From Octopus sinensis (Eukaryota), in the NCBI RefSeq assembly GCF_006345805.1, contig NC_043008.1, forward strand, positions 19,530,001-19,594,000: 64,000 bases of DNA, read 5' to 3'. The first letter of the stretch is position 1. Each line of letters starts with the position of its first letter. Both the position numbers and the translations under genes were made by a program. The notes beneath the pieces are model-generated. The model was not told the DNA's origin. It saw only the letters and a program-made list of their open reading frames with translations, and made no database searches. Shown in pieces: positions 11,874 to 26,372 of this stretch.

Positions 11874-14037
11874 CACCTATATATATGTTTATATATTTAT
11901 ATTTATATACACATATATACACATATGTGTGTATGCTTGTGCCCGGGTATACACTCACATATACATATGTATATGTTTGTGTATTATCATACTTATAATT
12001 CCTGGTGATATTTATTTCTTTCTTACAGACATTATATTATTGGCTTAAATAAATTGAATAAATTGAAACTGCCTTAGTCGACTCGCTTTCAGAGTAAAAC
12101 TATTAACATATAATAAAATTTGGTTTCTTAGGGATTAGGAAAAGCAGGCAGAATATTCCAAGAGTTAATCTAAGGAACAATTATTTATTAAAAAGTTTCT
12201 GGCAAATTAGAAACTTAAAACGATGTATTTCATAAACACCGGGGAAAATAAAATCAATATATGAATTGTTATAATAAATATCGTTTTCCCAATCGGAGTT
12301 AAAGTTTTTAGAGCTGTTCATAAGACATATATCATTGATTCTCATGATTTACCCAGGGCTTTGAAACGCTTAAAATATAGACAAAAAGTATTCTAGACAA
12401 GAGGAAACTACTATCTACAATTTAATGTATGGATTTTAGTATTGCTTTACATAGTAGGGGAAATTGTTGTATTATGATGTTAGCGCATGCTTCATAGGTC
12501 TTGAGTCAAATAGTCGGTTTAATATGAAAATAAAGTGTTACTGCATTGAAAACTTATAATATTTTCGATTTATTGTCACAGATTTAAAATGGTGGAATGT
12601 AGGAGATCGAATCGACTGTAATAATAATTTTATCGATTTTAGATAAAAACTAATGCCAAACCAGTTGGAAATTTAATTGAGGAGACAAGCCATTTAATTG
12701 TCAAACGCATGTTAATCTTTCTGTCAATTACGATCAGATATTTTGAAATAGCGAATACTTACTTCAGCCTAAAATACGACTGCTTGATACCAGATATAAT
12801 AAATCTACATACATGTATAAAATATGCGTTGAATTTATTTTATTGATCCTGGAGGAAGAATGAAGAAGAGGGAATTTCGTTGGTAGTATAAACACATTTG
12901 TGAATGACACACGTGTTGATCTTAGAAAAATCCAATATCACAACGCGATAGTGGATAATCAAAGACTGTTGGTCAAATATTTTAATATAGTTTTCTAATA
13001 TTTAAAATAATGGGTTTTGAAATCAAAGATTCGTGTCTATTATCAGTTGTCATGTTTCGACTACTTACAAACGCATTTAAAATGCATCATTAGTAGCGCT
13101 TTAGCCTTAGATGCTTAAATGTTAGTATTAAGTAGTTTCAGTTATATTCTGTTACTTTTGAACTGTGCGTCCAACTACTTTTGTTTAGATAACATTAGAG
13201 AGTAGAGCTCTCTACAGACTTCCTTCTTTCAGATCCACTAAATAGATGTAAAATATGCAATGGCTGACGTTATAACTTCTCGCTTTATAGCGTTTGCCAC
13301 CATTACTCTATGTGTAAGAGATAAATGTGTTTTATCTTATTGCATGTAAATATTGTTTTCCATTTCAATTTACAAACCGTTGATAACAGCACCGTCCCAC
13401 TGTACATCTTCGTGAAATGGAACATCATATCCTTTAGAGCATGTTACATAAAATGTTTATCTCTTAAGCTGAACTGCGCGACAACGGATACTGTAATAAA
13501 ATCTCCGAAAATAATCCATTTATTGAAATGGAGTTCGGTTTGGCATCGTATTGATCGAATTATTAGAACAGAAGTATAATATCAGTATCTCAATGAGGTT
13601 TTATCTCTTGATTTGATTTCAGTTCTGTAAAAGTGATAAAACACTCGCGCATTTTACTTCCTTCCCTGCTCGTATCGACGTTGATAGTATCACTGTATAT
13701 CAGAATCAAAGCTAACGAAAAAAAGATTTTTAAAAAAACCAAAACAACAGAAAACATGTTTTTTATTCTCCTAGGTGTTTCAGTGTGAACACAGTTGGCC
13801 GAATGCTCCTATATATATGTGGTAGAGTAGGAGTACGATGGGGTGGGGGTATAATAAGGATAGAATGAGTAAAGGGCATTCTGCAGAAATACAAATATTT
13901 TTCGCTTTTTGACGAATTTATTTGTTAGGAAATATGGAGACACATACCTCTCTATGTATTTCATAAGCATCAGTGCAAAAAACGGTTTGAGTCGGTAGTT
14001 TAACTATTGTATAAATACTTGTATATATCGTATATAT

Positions 14038-14348
14038 CACTATGATCCCCGTGACCGACCAGGCTATCAGATGTTGCTACACATCGCTGGTCATAATGCG
14101 CTCCGCATTGTTTTAGCCTTCAAATGACGCCACGCTGCTGGCTAAGGGATCCGGCCAACAAAAGGAAGAGTGAGAAAAAGTTATGGCGAAAGAGTATTGC
14201 AGGGATCGCCACCATCCCCTGCCGGAGCTACGTGGAGCTTTAGATGTTTTCGCTCAATAGACACTCACAACGGCCGGTCTGGGAATCGAAACCGCCATCC
14301 TACCACCGCGAGTCCGCTGCCCTAACCACTGAGCCATTGCGCCTCCAT
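14038..14348 (-). mobile_element. tRNA-derived SINE, family A head with tail type B
   Basis: Head GGAGGCGCAATGGCTCAGTGGTTAGGGCAGCGGACTCG with pol III A/B-box-like motifs. 14-bp TSD TATATCGTATATAT at 14024-14037 and 14349-14362. Confidence 0.9.
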
Positions 14349-15315
14349 TATATCGTATATATAGTGAACATAAAATAACCATTTAGGTTTCATAACTACT
14401 GCATATAAACAAGCATTGGGATGCAATCCTGAGTATGTTAAAGATATGATTTAGCCAGAGGAGATCCTCGGTGATCAGCGATTATAGAGGTTCGATTCGG
14501 ATGCTGTTCACGATAAAGTGAGCTGTGGTGCAAAGTAATGTTTTCTTCATATAGACAGTAATATGAAAATTCTTGTAAAATGAAACACTAGAAAGTTTTA
14601 AATAGTTAATTGCTTATAATTCTTGTTAAAACTACGCCATATTCATGACATCCTGCTTTCCTTTAGGTGCCAATCATAAACGTAATTGTTTCATGATCAA
14701 ACAAACAATTAACAAAGCATCGGGACAAGATTATGCCTCCGTCCATGACTGTTCTCCTTATTTTAATATAAAGATAATTGAAGTTTTCTCTATCGATTTG
14801 AAAGAAATGATTATCAAAATAGTTCCTCTCATGTTAGCATTACTTTAACTGATTTATTAATAAATAACCACTTAAATGTCTTAAATTAGCCAATAGACGA
14901 TCAAGTTAATGGAGCTCATTTCTCTAATTTTCTCACGTCCATATATTGATTTTTCTATCTCTTGGTTATGAATACCAAAGAACTACATGATCACAAACAT
15001 TTACAATGATTTTGTTACTAAATTAGCTTGTTCTTTGCTCTAGCGAAATTATGATGTGGCGTACCATTAATATAATTAGTTCTATTAAGGGTTCATACAT
15101 TTTGACACATAGAATTTTAGGGGCTTAACAGTGAGTTGTTTCCCATTGAACTTTAGCTGTATAACTTCATTATAAGACTAATAATAATTATTGGGATCGA
15201 TTTTTTTTTATGTCTGACATAATATATCTCTGTTAGTGATTCTTCGACTTACAATCATTAGAAACGTTCTTGTTCACTCATATCTGTTACTGAGTTTGTC
15301 AGTCCACGAGGATTA

Positions 15316-15320
15316 TACTA

Positions 15321-15355
<35 letters not shown>

Positions 15356-15358
15356 GCA

Positions 15359-15409
<51 letters not shown>

Positions 15410-15410
15410 G

Positions 15411-15444
<34 letters not shown>

Positions 15445-15508
15445 CACCACCACAACCGCAGCCGCCACCACCACCACCACCACCGCCGCCGCCACCAACA
15501 CCACCACC

Positions 15509-15556
<48 letters not shown>

Positions 15557-15595
15557 GCTTCTGCTGCTGCTGCTGCTAATGCAACTACTGTTGTT
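15316..15595. repeat. (ACT)n/(ACC)n/(GCT)n compound microsatellite
   Basis: Direct reading. Confidence 0.95.
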
Positions 15596-15654
15596 GCTAC
15601 TGAGGGGGATGTAATGGACCTTTAAAAATGCGGGCCTCGTGCTTATTGCAGAAC

Positions 15655-15755
15655 TGATTACATTCTGAGCTCAAATGCCGGCGAGGCCGAATTTATTTTT
15701 CGCCCTTTCGTGGTCGATTAAATACGCTTCATTAAAATACTGTGATCGATGTAGT
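15655..15755 (+). mobile_element. Degenerate SINE family F fragment
   Basis: TTACATTCTGAGCTCAAATGCCGGCGAGGCCGA..CCCTTTCGTGGTCGATTAAA. Confidence 0.6.
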
Positions 15756-15765
15756 AGTCGTAGTC

Positions 15766-15814
<49 letters not shown>

Positions 15815-15847
15815 CAGAAGCAGCAGCATCAGCAGTAGTATCATCAA

Positions 15848-15889
<42 letters not shown>

Positions 15890-15897
15890 TAGTAGTA
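15750..15897. repeat. (AGT)n/(AGC)n compound microsatellite
   Basis: Direct reading. Confidence 0.95.
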
Positions 15898-18039
15898 AAA
15901 TGCGCTTTGTATTGAGTGAATTGTTACCCCCCCCCCCCGCCCGGAAAAAATACCTTGCATTGAATTTTCTGTTTTTTATGACTTTAGAGGAAATGTCGCC
16001 GTTTTTGTGAAGCATATTTCTTAATCACATTGACATACATTTGCATACACTAGATGTATTTCACAATAACAGTTTTGGTTTCGTTTCGTTTAATTTCATT
16101 TCCTGATAAAAAAAAAAAAATCTAAGGACATGTTTTGCATATTTTTTTATTTCAAATCGCCTTTCCGTGTTGAAATATAAAATAAATACTTTCACAGCTG
16201 CAGCTGAAGACATACATTTAACGCGACAACCACTTATATTTTACCCTAAAAAAAAAAAAATTATCAGATCTTATGAAGGAGTGTAATAGAAATAAACTGT
16301 GAAAGATATATCACTCGAGCCATATGTGTCAATTTTATTCAATTTCTCTTTCTAAATAGATTCTTTTGTGATAAAATGTAAATGTCAAAATGAATTTAAC
16401 AACGAGTCGTGTATCTGTATAATCACCCAATTTTCTGCACCATTTTACAATAGAAAACATTTTATACTTTCGCTGAAATACGTGAGCATGCAATCTGCAT
16501 GTGGTAATGTACCTAATATATGCTATATTTTGAATATTCTAGCTATCTGAATGACAGTCAAATGGTTGAAAAAGTAGTTGTTTACTAAGTTATATTTCCA
16601 GCCTTGAATACGATACACCACACATATTTAATTTTCGAAAGACCATTTCTTTAAAACACTTTCAGCATTAAACTCTACTCTATACTTTCAGATATTTTAT
16701 CGTCTTCCATTCAAATAAACTGTATTTTAGTTATTCTTAACGTCAGTACACAAGTGAATGATCTTGTCTGTTTTTTCCTACTTATCTGCTTGTACCATTG
16801 GGTACTAGATGCTGTTTAACCCAGGTCAAGTCAGTTCCAACAGTACTATGTGTACTCAAGATCATCTTATATTTAGTCAGATATCTTTTAGACCAGGAAG
16901 ACATTACCTAATAAAGTACTGTTTCTTATCTTATATCTTATAGGAGATATATATGGCTCCCATTTTTTGCATGACGTTCGACCACATAGAGCTTTATTTG
17001 TTCATTGTCCTTTATCACGTATGCCACATCAGTTTTCAGAGAATCTTTTAATATGAATATATGATGATATCTGTCCCGGGCCAATTCTCATAGACCTGCC
17101 CAATGATTGAAAGCTTTTAATTCGGGACTAAAACATATTTTAAAGCTATAATATAGTTACACTTTTCTACGTGTCTTTTCTTTATGTATACATCTAAGAA
17201 ACGAAATTTTTTAAACGTTCCTGCTATTTCGAAAATCTCTATAGGATACATTGATGTTCCTTCCCTTTATAAGGGTAAATACATCTTCTTTACTACACTA
17301 ATATGTTTAGTAAATATTTATAACAGAGGCAAAGTTTCAGAAATTCTGGGAGAAGTAATCACTGATTTTATCAATGCCAGTACTTGACTGGTGGTTTATT
17401 TTATCAATGCTGTTGCTTTGACAAACTTTTATTTTATTGCTATGCTTCTGGCTATCATCCACTCGAGTTTAGCCTGGTGAGAGTGCTCGTTAAGTCTTCA
17501 GCAACCTCGAGAGAGTATTAAGATATTCCGGGTTATATGTTATCAGTAATATTCGCAAGCGTTCTGACATATGTTGAAGTCATACAGGACATGATAAGAT
17601 TAGCTAGCAATTGATAAATCAATTATACGTAATTGTCTGAAAAATTACAATCTATGCATGTCATACAAAGGCTGCATGACATGTATAGATTAGAAAGAAA
17701 ACCTTTGATGCGGTACCTCATTCATAGCTTTTGAAGTGTATTTCTAGATTTGGCATAGCTGAAGATAGTGTCAACGTTTTGAAATCAAAATTACCACACT
17801 GGGTGATAAAGCTATACGCTGGTCGTAAATGTCTCTGATCTATCCATGTTAAAATGTAATATTTTCCAAGATGAATTCCTTTCTCGCATAAAGTTTACCT
17901 TATCATTGACATCATTCGCAATGTTGTTAATGGAACTGGGATTAATTAGAAATGTGGGAAGGAAAACCAAGAGATTTAAGGTTGTTGTTAACTGAAGATG
18001 AAACTGATTCAATTGTAAATACGATGTGCTATAGTGACT

Positions 18040-18760
18040 ACTGAAGATGAGTTTGATGTCTCAGAATATGCTGTAGTCAGCTTTAAAATAGTTAAGATAG
18101 AGAAAAGCAGTCTCTATCTTAACTATTATTCAGATACAACCTGGAGAAGTTGCAGATGAGTCAGAAGAAACTATCCGAAATATGTGAGCAGACTGCAATT
18201 AGATATTTTAGATGGAACGATGCAGACAAGGTTAAAAATGTAATCGAAGAGTAAGCTGCATTCCAAGAAATTTGATTGTAGTTATAAATACCTGGGCAGT
18301 AACTGTGGCATTATACAGTAATTCCATCTTCCGTTAGACTGGTATAAGATTAGAAATATTGAGAGGATTACTCGGAAGTTAATGGCAGAGTATAAACAAC
18401 TGCGTCTACGAGCAGATGTGATTCACTTGAACATACAAAGGAAGACTTGGTTTGGTGAACATAGATGTACATGCTGGCGCTCAATGCGGCTACTTACAAC
18501 GGTATTTGATAAGTTGTAATAAACTATTCCTGTAATATATTGCGGCAAGCAACAAGTGGTTGAAGAATGTTTGAGAAGAAGAACGTAAAGAAGAAAAGAA
18601 TTATAACAGAAAAGCAAAGTAGAGATGAAACGTGCCTCCCAGTGGTGAATTTGAAAGAATGAAGAGCGAAAATACGGAACAGTTGCGGGTATGGTTACGA
18701 AAAGCTGATCTGAAGATTGATACTGAAAATTTAATATTAGCTCCTCAGGTGTGAGTAAAC
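18040..18760 (+). mobile_element. R4/Dong-clade (RLE-type) non-LTR retrotransposon fossil, post-RT region
   Basis: Frameshifted translation gives RNLIVVINTWAV, ITRKLMAEYKQLRLRADV and WLRKADLKIDTENLILAPQ. These match R4/Dong motifs INTWAV, RKLM..LHPRADV and WL..GDLK.ETE.LI.AAQ. Confidence 0.75.
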
Positions 18761-18813
18761 CAATTCCACGAGAAAGAGTAAATATCGAATGTGTATATAT
18801 ATATATATAATAT

Positions 18814-18861
<48 letters not shown>

Positions 18862-18868
18862 ATATATA

Positions 18869-18907
<39 letters not shown>

Positions 18908-18930
18908 CATGTGCGTGTGTGTGTGTGTAT

Positions 18931-19227
18931 AACGGTAAACATCGCTCTTTTCAAGCCCAGCCAGGCTCATGGGCCCGGTTTCCCGGTTTCTGTAGCGTAT
19001 GTGTTCTTCCCAGCTGGACGGGACGCCAGTCCATCGCAACGCTACTCAAGAAACAGGAAGATAGAGTGAGAGAAAGAGTACAACAGGGGTTGCTACCACC
19101 CCCTGCCGGAGCCTCGTGGAGCTTTTAGACGTTTTCGCTCAATAAACACACACAACGCTCGGTCTGGGAACCGAAACCGCGATCCTCCGACCGCCAGTCC
19201 GCTGCCCTAACCATCGGGCGCCTCCAC
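18931..19227 (-). mobile_element. tRNA-derived SINE, family A head with tail type C
   Basis: Same head as 19776 and 25529. Different tail GATGGACTGGCGTCCCGTCCAGCTGG...GGGCTTGAAAAG. Confidence 0.85.
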
Positions 19228-19312
19228 ACACACACACACACACACACACAAATACACACAAACACACACACACACACGCATACACACACATACACGCACG
19301 CACACACACACG

Positions 19313-19400
<88 letters not shown>

Positions 19401-19775
19401 CAGGTGAAAAACTGGAAATTGAATCCTATGCGTAAGTGCCTCCAAACTACTTGCACTGCATAAAATGGGTGATGGTAAAGAGTCATTACATTTTCAGTAG
19501 TGTTTGGAAAAACGTATGTTATCTTAGTAGATCAGAAATAGTACCACATTTTACCTGATATGGTGTTAGAATACGTATCTGTAAAAACCTTGCGATATTT
19601 TAATATCAGAAAAAATTTATAGATCGCCGTTGATAAGGTATATTTTTAGTTGAGTAAGGAGATATTAAAATATTGTCATACATGTTGCTTTCCCAGTGCA
19701 CTGCATTATAGGTAACACAGTGCAACACAAAGAAGTTGATATTCGGAGATACAGTCGGAAATTTCATGAATGTAG

Positions 19776-20164
19776 GAATGGAAGCACTCCATCGGTTACG
19801 ACGATGAGGGTTCCGGTTGATCCGAATCAACGGAACAGCCTGCTCGTGAAATTAACGTGTAAGTGGCTGAGCACTCTACAGACACGTGCACCCTTAACGT
19901 AGTTCTCGGGAATATTCAGCGTGACACAGAGAGTGACAAGACCGGCCCCTTGAAATACAGGTACAACAGAAACAGGAAGTAAGAGTGAGAGAGAGTTGTG
20001 GTGAAAGATTACAGCAGGGATCACCACCATCCCCTGCCGGAGCCTCGTGGAACTTTTAGGTGTTTTCGCTCAATAAACACTCACAACGCCCGGTCTGGGA
20101 ATCGAAACCGCGATCCTATGACCGCGAGCCCGCTGCCCTAACCACTGGGCCATTGCGCCTCCAC
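19776..20164 (-). mobile_element. Full-length tRNA-derived SINE family A
   Basis: Near-identical to 25529-25912. 12-bp TSD TCATGAATGTAG at 19764-19775 and 20165-20176. Confidence 0.95.
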
Positions 20165-21494
20165 TCATGAATGTAGAACACTGAAGCTAAAGTCATGCCT
20201 ATAATGGTGCATTAATTTAGATCCATATTTCGCATAGATAGATATTACTCAACCTGGGGCCAATCCAGGAATCCTTGTTGATCCAGGGTTACTCTGACTA
20301 TAAAAGGCAAATACATTCTCCTTAGCATGTGCTTACAGTAATCCCATTCACTAGGCCCATTCACATCGACTTTCACGAAAAGGTAACCTTTTGTTGACTT
20401 CACCTTACGTCTCTCTTTAAGCGGTTCTAAGCCATTTTCTGAAGAGGAAGATATATGTCCACAATCACTTCAAGCTCATCTACTTCAGAAACGGTTTCGG
20501 CAATGGCGATAGACAAGTGGTTTTTAAGTTACGCACAAAAGCTCATTTCTGACGAAGCTCAACTGTGCAAGCAAACAAAAGGGATTTTATAGGTAAAGGC
20601 TTTCATCACAACACGTAATGGTGGCACAGGATCAATCAAAATGATTCACCATAAGTAAATTTTCTGAGGTCTTCTTGATGCAAATGAACATCATATTGTA
20701 AAGTATTATAACTCAAGGGGCCCGCTTCGGCCCCTCGAGTGTTTTTACTAACAAACGTCATTGCAAGTGCATGACTTCTTATTTCACGACCACTGTAATC
20801 TACCATTAGACTGTCATTCCCATTAACAAATCAAATATGGTGTTAGGGTGAATTGGCATCAGCTTACAACCACAGGAAGGGTAACCACTGTAACGATAAG
20901 TATGTTTTAATAGATTTACTAGAAATAGCAGAGAAATCTCTATTAAAACCCATTCTGCGCTATTAAATTAATAATATAATAGGATACCAAATACTCGTAA
21001 ACGATTGTAAAATCATGGCTTGAACGCCATTTATCTCAACATTAACGCAATTATCACGCGAGGATTTGATCGCGGTACTGCACATTAAGAAGAAATTTGC
21101 AAAACTCACAGTTTGCCACGAGGATTAATTATACCAAATCACAGCCGCAGGCATTCAGATATAATTTCATTGGACTTAATGGCAAACTTAAGAATCACTG
21201 AACCTTCTGTTGGTTATTCGATATCCTATAGACTCGATTAACTCTGTGTCTTGCAAGGTTTATGACCAAATAAATAAGGTAATCACGGCAACAGGAATGC
21301 ATGCAATTATTGCATTCAATCTTTATAATGTAATTCTATAGTTTGAAGAAGAGATGGGGATGGAGAGAATGTTCCCTCGAGGAAAATTTATAAAACAAGT
21401 TTTATAACAGTGAGGATGATTTGTCCGCGAAAACTTAAGCTCTTGTAGATACTAATGTTATCTGGAAGGGTAAGTAAAATAAATACAGTAATCT

Positions 21495-21496
<2 letters not shown>

Positions 21497-21550
<54 letters not shown>

Positions 21551-21665
21551 TATATATTATATATATACACACATAAATATATGCATATATATATACATAT
21601 ATATGTATGTATATATATATATATATTATATATATAGGCATATACATGTATATATATATAAATAC

Positions 21666-21725
<60 letters not shown>

Positions 21726-21756
21726 GTATATATACATGTATATGTTTATATATATG

Positions 21757-21787
<31 letters not shown>

Positions 21788-21790
21788 TAT
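21497..21790. repeat. Long (TA)n compound microsatellite
   Basis: Direct reading. Confidence 0.95.
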
Positions 21791-22441
21791 AGTAATCAAA
21801 ATATAGAAAACATCATGGATCATATACAAAATGTGTTCCGAATAAATTCTACATGCTGTGATATATAAAATATCGATTATACTGTGGCAGTTCATGCGAA
21901 TAGATATAGTTTCTCTTTTATACGGATTAACAGCAAAATGTGCGAATACTTTCAATTATTGCACAAACAATACACCGAGAAAGACACAGTTGATGGACCT
22001 TGATAAACGTATAAATGACAAAGAAAATATTTTCTCATTAAACGCAAATCATTTGCCTGTACACAGCATTGCTGCGAACAATTACCTCGCTGACCAATAA
22101 TTGACACCAGTCTGTTATGAATGGCGTGCGTGCACGTCTCATCAGAGAGTCTAATTAAAAGTAAACCAACTGCTAACTCCTGAAATGCTGTCCTGTTACA
22201 CAGTGTATTGTGTATGTTGAAAGATCGTGACCATACAATCTACAATGTTTATATACGAAGAGAAACAGACCAGTTAATTAAAATCTAGCAAGTAGAATAT
22301 AACAACTGAGGTCGACAACCTTCCGTCTTGTTTGCGCAATTTCTGTGACATATGTACTTTTAACAAAATAACTTCCTATCGCAAGAGTCGATTTGCCATT
22401 CGCTTTAATTCTTAAAACGATTAAAAAGATTTATACTATAA

Positions 22442-22839
22442 CTAGCAGTGTAACCCAGCGTTGCTCGGGCTAGTTTTCTTTTCGACCCTTTAGAATTGGA
22501 ATTTTTGAAAAGTAAAAATTTTGCATCATGTAGCTTGTTATCCTCTTTAAGTGAACATTTTTCTGGTTGAAATACACCGAAAAATGGCGACACAGCAGTC
22601 AAAACATCGTAAAAAATAGGGATTTTCATAGAAAAAAAGCACATTTTTGATGTAAATAATTTTTGGTGATAACATGGTCCGATTTGGATTTTTTCTTCTC
22701 CGGAAGGAAGAGCAAGCCTTCTTCTATCATACTCTCAATTTTGATCAACTTGCGCCGCAGTGTCTCGGAGGAGATAGTGTTAGTTGAAGGCTTCCAAACC
22801 TGCCATACACAGACAATTTCAGCTTTATATAGAGGGAGA
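22442..22839 (-). mobile_element. Non-autonomous Helitron (~398 bp)
   Basis: Minus strand starts A|TC and ends with hairpin CCCGAGCAACGCTGGG followed by TTACACTG-CTAG|T. Inserted between A and T with no TSD. Confidence 0.8.
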
Positions 22840-22974
22840 TTATGAGATTAACTTTTAATACTAATTTAAAAAGAAATACAAGTTTAATATGAAACCTATG
22901 CATCAAGTCAGGATTTCCCTAATAGAAACATAGTGACTTGTTTTCAAGATGCAGCTATTTATATTAACTTTAAT

Positions 22975-23375
22975 ATGTTTCAGTCATTGTACTGCGGCCA
23001 TGATGGGGTACCACCTTGAAGGGCGAAGTGGAACAAATCAATCCCGGGACTTATTTCCTAAGACCCCCCCCAACTTATTCATCCCCTTTGTAATGACGAA
23101 CCGCTTAGTTACAGGGATATAAGAAAACCTCCAGCTTATGTTGTCAAGTGGAGGTGGGGCACAGACATAAGTACGAACGTATACATAACACATAAACATA
23201 TATATATATATACGATGGGCTTCCACACAGTCTCTAGCTACCAGTTCACTTACTATGCATTGGTCGCTTCAAAGCTAGAGTAGAAAGTACTCGGCCAAAC
23301 TGTCATGCAATGAGACAAAACACGAAACCAGGTGGTGGCAAGGGTTGCTTTTTAGTTACTCTAACATGCCTGTAG
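22975..23375 (-). mobile_element. SINE family D, highly diverged
   Basis: TTTCAGTCATTGTACTGCGGCCATG tail and internal (TA)n tract. Confidence 0.55.
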
Positions 23376-24333
23376 TATATAGTTAATTAATTGAAGCACA
23401 CAATATTGATTGTATTTATTTTATTGATTAGAGAAAGAAATGAATGAAAAACGTAATAACTACGACTGGATTATAATTTAAAAAACAAAAACAACGGCCA
23501 TGATTCATTAGAGGGTGGCAGACGTCTTGAAAATGGGAAGTTGATCTGAATATATACAATGGAGGGACTCCGCTCGAATCACTAAAGATATAAAGTGTTA
23601 CTGTAAAATAGAAAGGCAAGTAGGGCCTTCCACTCCCGTATGCGATCGTGAGATTTATAATCAGATCGCAAAAAGCCTGAACAAATATCTCAAGGAAAAT
23701 TTCCTACACCCTGTCATCAGCAGTTCACTGCTCTAGAATGGCATTGTGTTTATGAAAGTTTGAAGGATGAAAGGTAAAATTAGTCAGGGGAAATTGAATT
23801 CAGAATGTGAGGGGCTTGGCTATGTATCATGAATCATTATTCCTATCGCTCCAGTAATGCTACTAATCTGATTACTAGGACATTAAGGGTTTTCTTCCTT
23901 GGAAAATAGTAATAAAATGTGTCCAACTAAGTAGAAAAACAGTTTTTAACACCTTGACAAATTAATCAAATCTTGTGAAGGGTTCTTTACAAAACGTTAG
24001 AACACTCTGTTCGTCATATAAAATACATTCCACTGTTCGAAATCAGTTTTCTATATTCCAATACAGAGTTGGCTTTAACTGTTTTCATGGGAACTCAATG
24101 ACCTCTTTAGGCATTAACTGCGCCTAATATTCTCGAAAAAATGAAAAAGAATAGATAAAATATTTATATTTAGAATTTACTTAGAGGCTTTTACTTCATC
24201 AAGAACAAAGTGTTATTCAAGAATTTCCAATGCAGACGGTGAAACCTATATATTAATCAATATTTTACTCTACTTATAGAGTGAGTTAGAAATCGATATG
24301 TTTCTCAAAATAGCAAACTTCGGAGACGGATGG

Positions 24334-24640
<307 letters not shown>

Positions 24641-24821
24641 AATGGTATATATTGTTAAATAGACATACATACAGTATGGTTTGTGTGTGTATTTTTATCT
24701 ATATTGAAGTCTACATATATATGAATGCATATATGTATACATGCAAATATGTTTATACGTATACATATAAAAATTCATTGTACATGGATATGTACAAACA
24801 TGCGTAAATATATGCAAATCT

Positions 24822-24858
<37 letters not shown>

Positions 24859-25528
24859 AACACACACCATTTATATATATATAAATAGACACACAGCATT
24901 TATATATATATATATATATATTTAAACGCATACACAGATACACACACACACGCACATGCATATGTCCGTATACTTGTGTGTGTGTATCGTTATTCATACA
25001 CACACATATATACTTCCATGCATACATAAAATCTGTATGTATCTGCATGTGTGTGTGTGTGCATGTATGTGTGCTTGTGTGTGTCTGTGTGCATGTCAGT
25101 GTTGCAATTTAAAGAATATCCACAGGGCCCCATTCTGTTAGTCGATAACAATGATGATCTCTATAATTTTGCCGACAAAGTTCCACGAGGAGAGCCATTC
25201 AATTCAGATATTCACTTCCGATATCGATGTCTGTTATTTTAGTAGGTTAATTGCTAGATGCGAAACAATTGAATTGGATTACATTACAGTACATCATAGA
25301 AGCATGGTTTTTTTATGTGAATCACTTGTGGTATCTCGACCTTAACAGCTTAGACTTAGACAATCTAGCGTAAGAGTTCAGCTTTGTTCGTCCTCAATGG
25401 TCTACATATGGCTCTCTCCTTCTGCCTTCGTTTCTCTTTTGTTTTCATTCCTTCTGCCTTCGTTTCTCTTTTGCCCATTATGTCAGCATTTTATTCAAAT
25501 ATTTTTATACTGCCTGTATGCTAACGAT

Positions 25529-25912
25529 GTGGAGGCGCAATGGCCCAGTGGTTAGGGCAGCGGACTCGCAGTCATAGGATCGCGGTTTCGATTCCCAGAC
25601 CGGGCGTTGTGAGTGTTTATTGAGCGAAAACACCTAAAGCTCCACGAAGCTCCGGCAGGGGATGGTGGTGATCCCTGCTGTACTCTTTCACCACAACTCT
25701 CTCTCGCTCTTACTTCCTGTTTCTGTTGTACCTGTATTTCAAAGGACCGGCCTTGTCACTCTCTGTGTCACGCTGAATATCCCCGAAAACTACGTTAAGG
25801 GTACACGTGTCTGTGGAGTGCTTAGCCACTTACACGTTAATTTCACGAGCAGGCTGTTCCGTTGATTCGGATCAACCGGAACCCTCGTCGTCGTAACCGA
25901 CGGAGTGCTTCC
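25529..25912 (+). mobile_element. Full-length tRNA-derived SINE family A
   Basis: A-box TGGCCCAGTGG and B-box-like GGTTTCGATTCCC. 11-bp TSD ATGCTAACGAT at 25518-25528 and 25913-25923. Confidence 0.95.
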
Positions 25913-26298
25913 ATGCTAACGATATTTTTGCTCTATTTTCTTGGGGTGGGGAGGAATGTTATGTTCACTATAGTATCCTTTCCAACAATGCTGCATACAC
26001 AGAGCTCGTAAGTATCTTTGTTGTTGTGTGTTTTTTTGCCCGACTTGCATTACATCCATAAAAATTAAACTCGAAGATACTGAAAATAGTAGACACGACA
26101 ACGTTGACTTCAATCACTGCACACATTAGAGAGACATTTTTTACCTCACCACATCAAGCGAGCACGTTTTAAACCGTTTTTCGTTATCCGTTTTCTGTTT
26201 TTCATTTACCGTTGTTTACTGACTGTTTTTTCTATATGCTGCCTTCTCAGTTTTTTTCGCGATTCTTCTAAGATTCAGTTTCTTTAGTTGGTTATGAT

Positions 26299-26372
26299 AT
26301 GTGTTTTGCGCCTGAAGAATATGTTAAAATTTTTTCAACATATGAAACTATTAGTAGCGATTCAATACATGT
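26299..26372 (+). ncRNA. Type I hammerhead ribozyme with canonical core
   Basis: CGC-CTGAAGA (26312-18)-ATATGTT/AACATAT stem II-GAAAC-TATTA-GTA-GCG. Predicted cleavage after 26356. Stem I extends after a 3-nt bulge. Confidence 0.7.

Noticed and set aside
13774-13830. Strong-looking splice acceptor TTTTTTATTCTCCTAG
   Set aside because: No convincing donor or meaningful frame follows.
20549-20580. CTGACGA-A-GCT..AGC-AAAC motif
   Set aside because: G12 is missing and there is no stem I or III.
25115-25242. Protein-like stretch EYPQGPILLVDNNDDLYNFADKVPRGEPF
   Set aside because: No good donor site or recognised family; cannot be supported.
25529-25600. tRNA genes at SINE heads and at the PBS (58269-58286)
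   Set aside because: No complete cloverleaf. These are SINE promoters and a primer-binding site.
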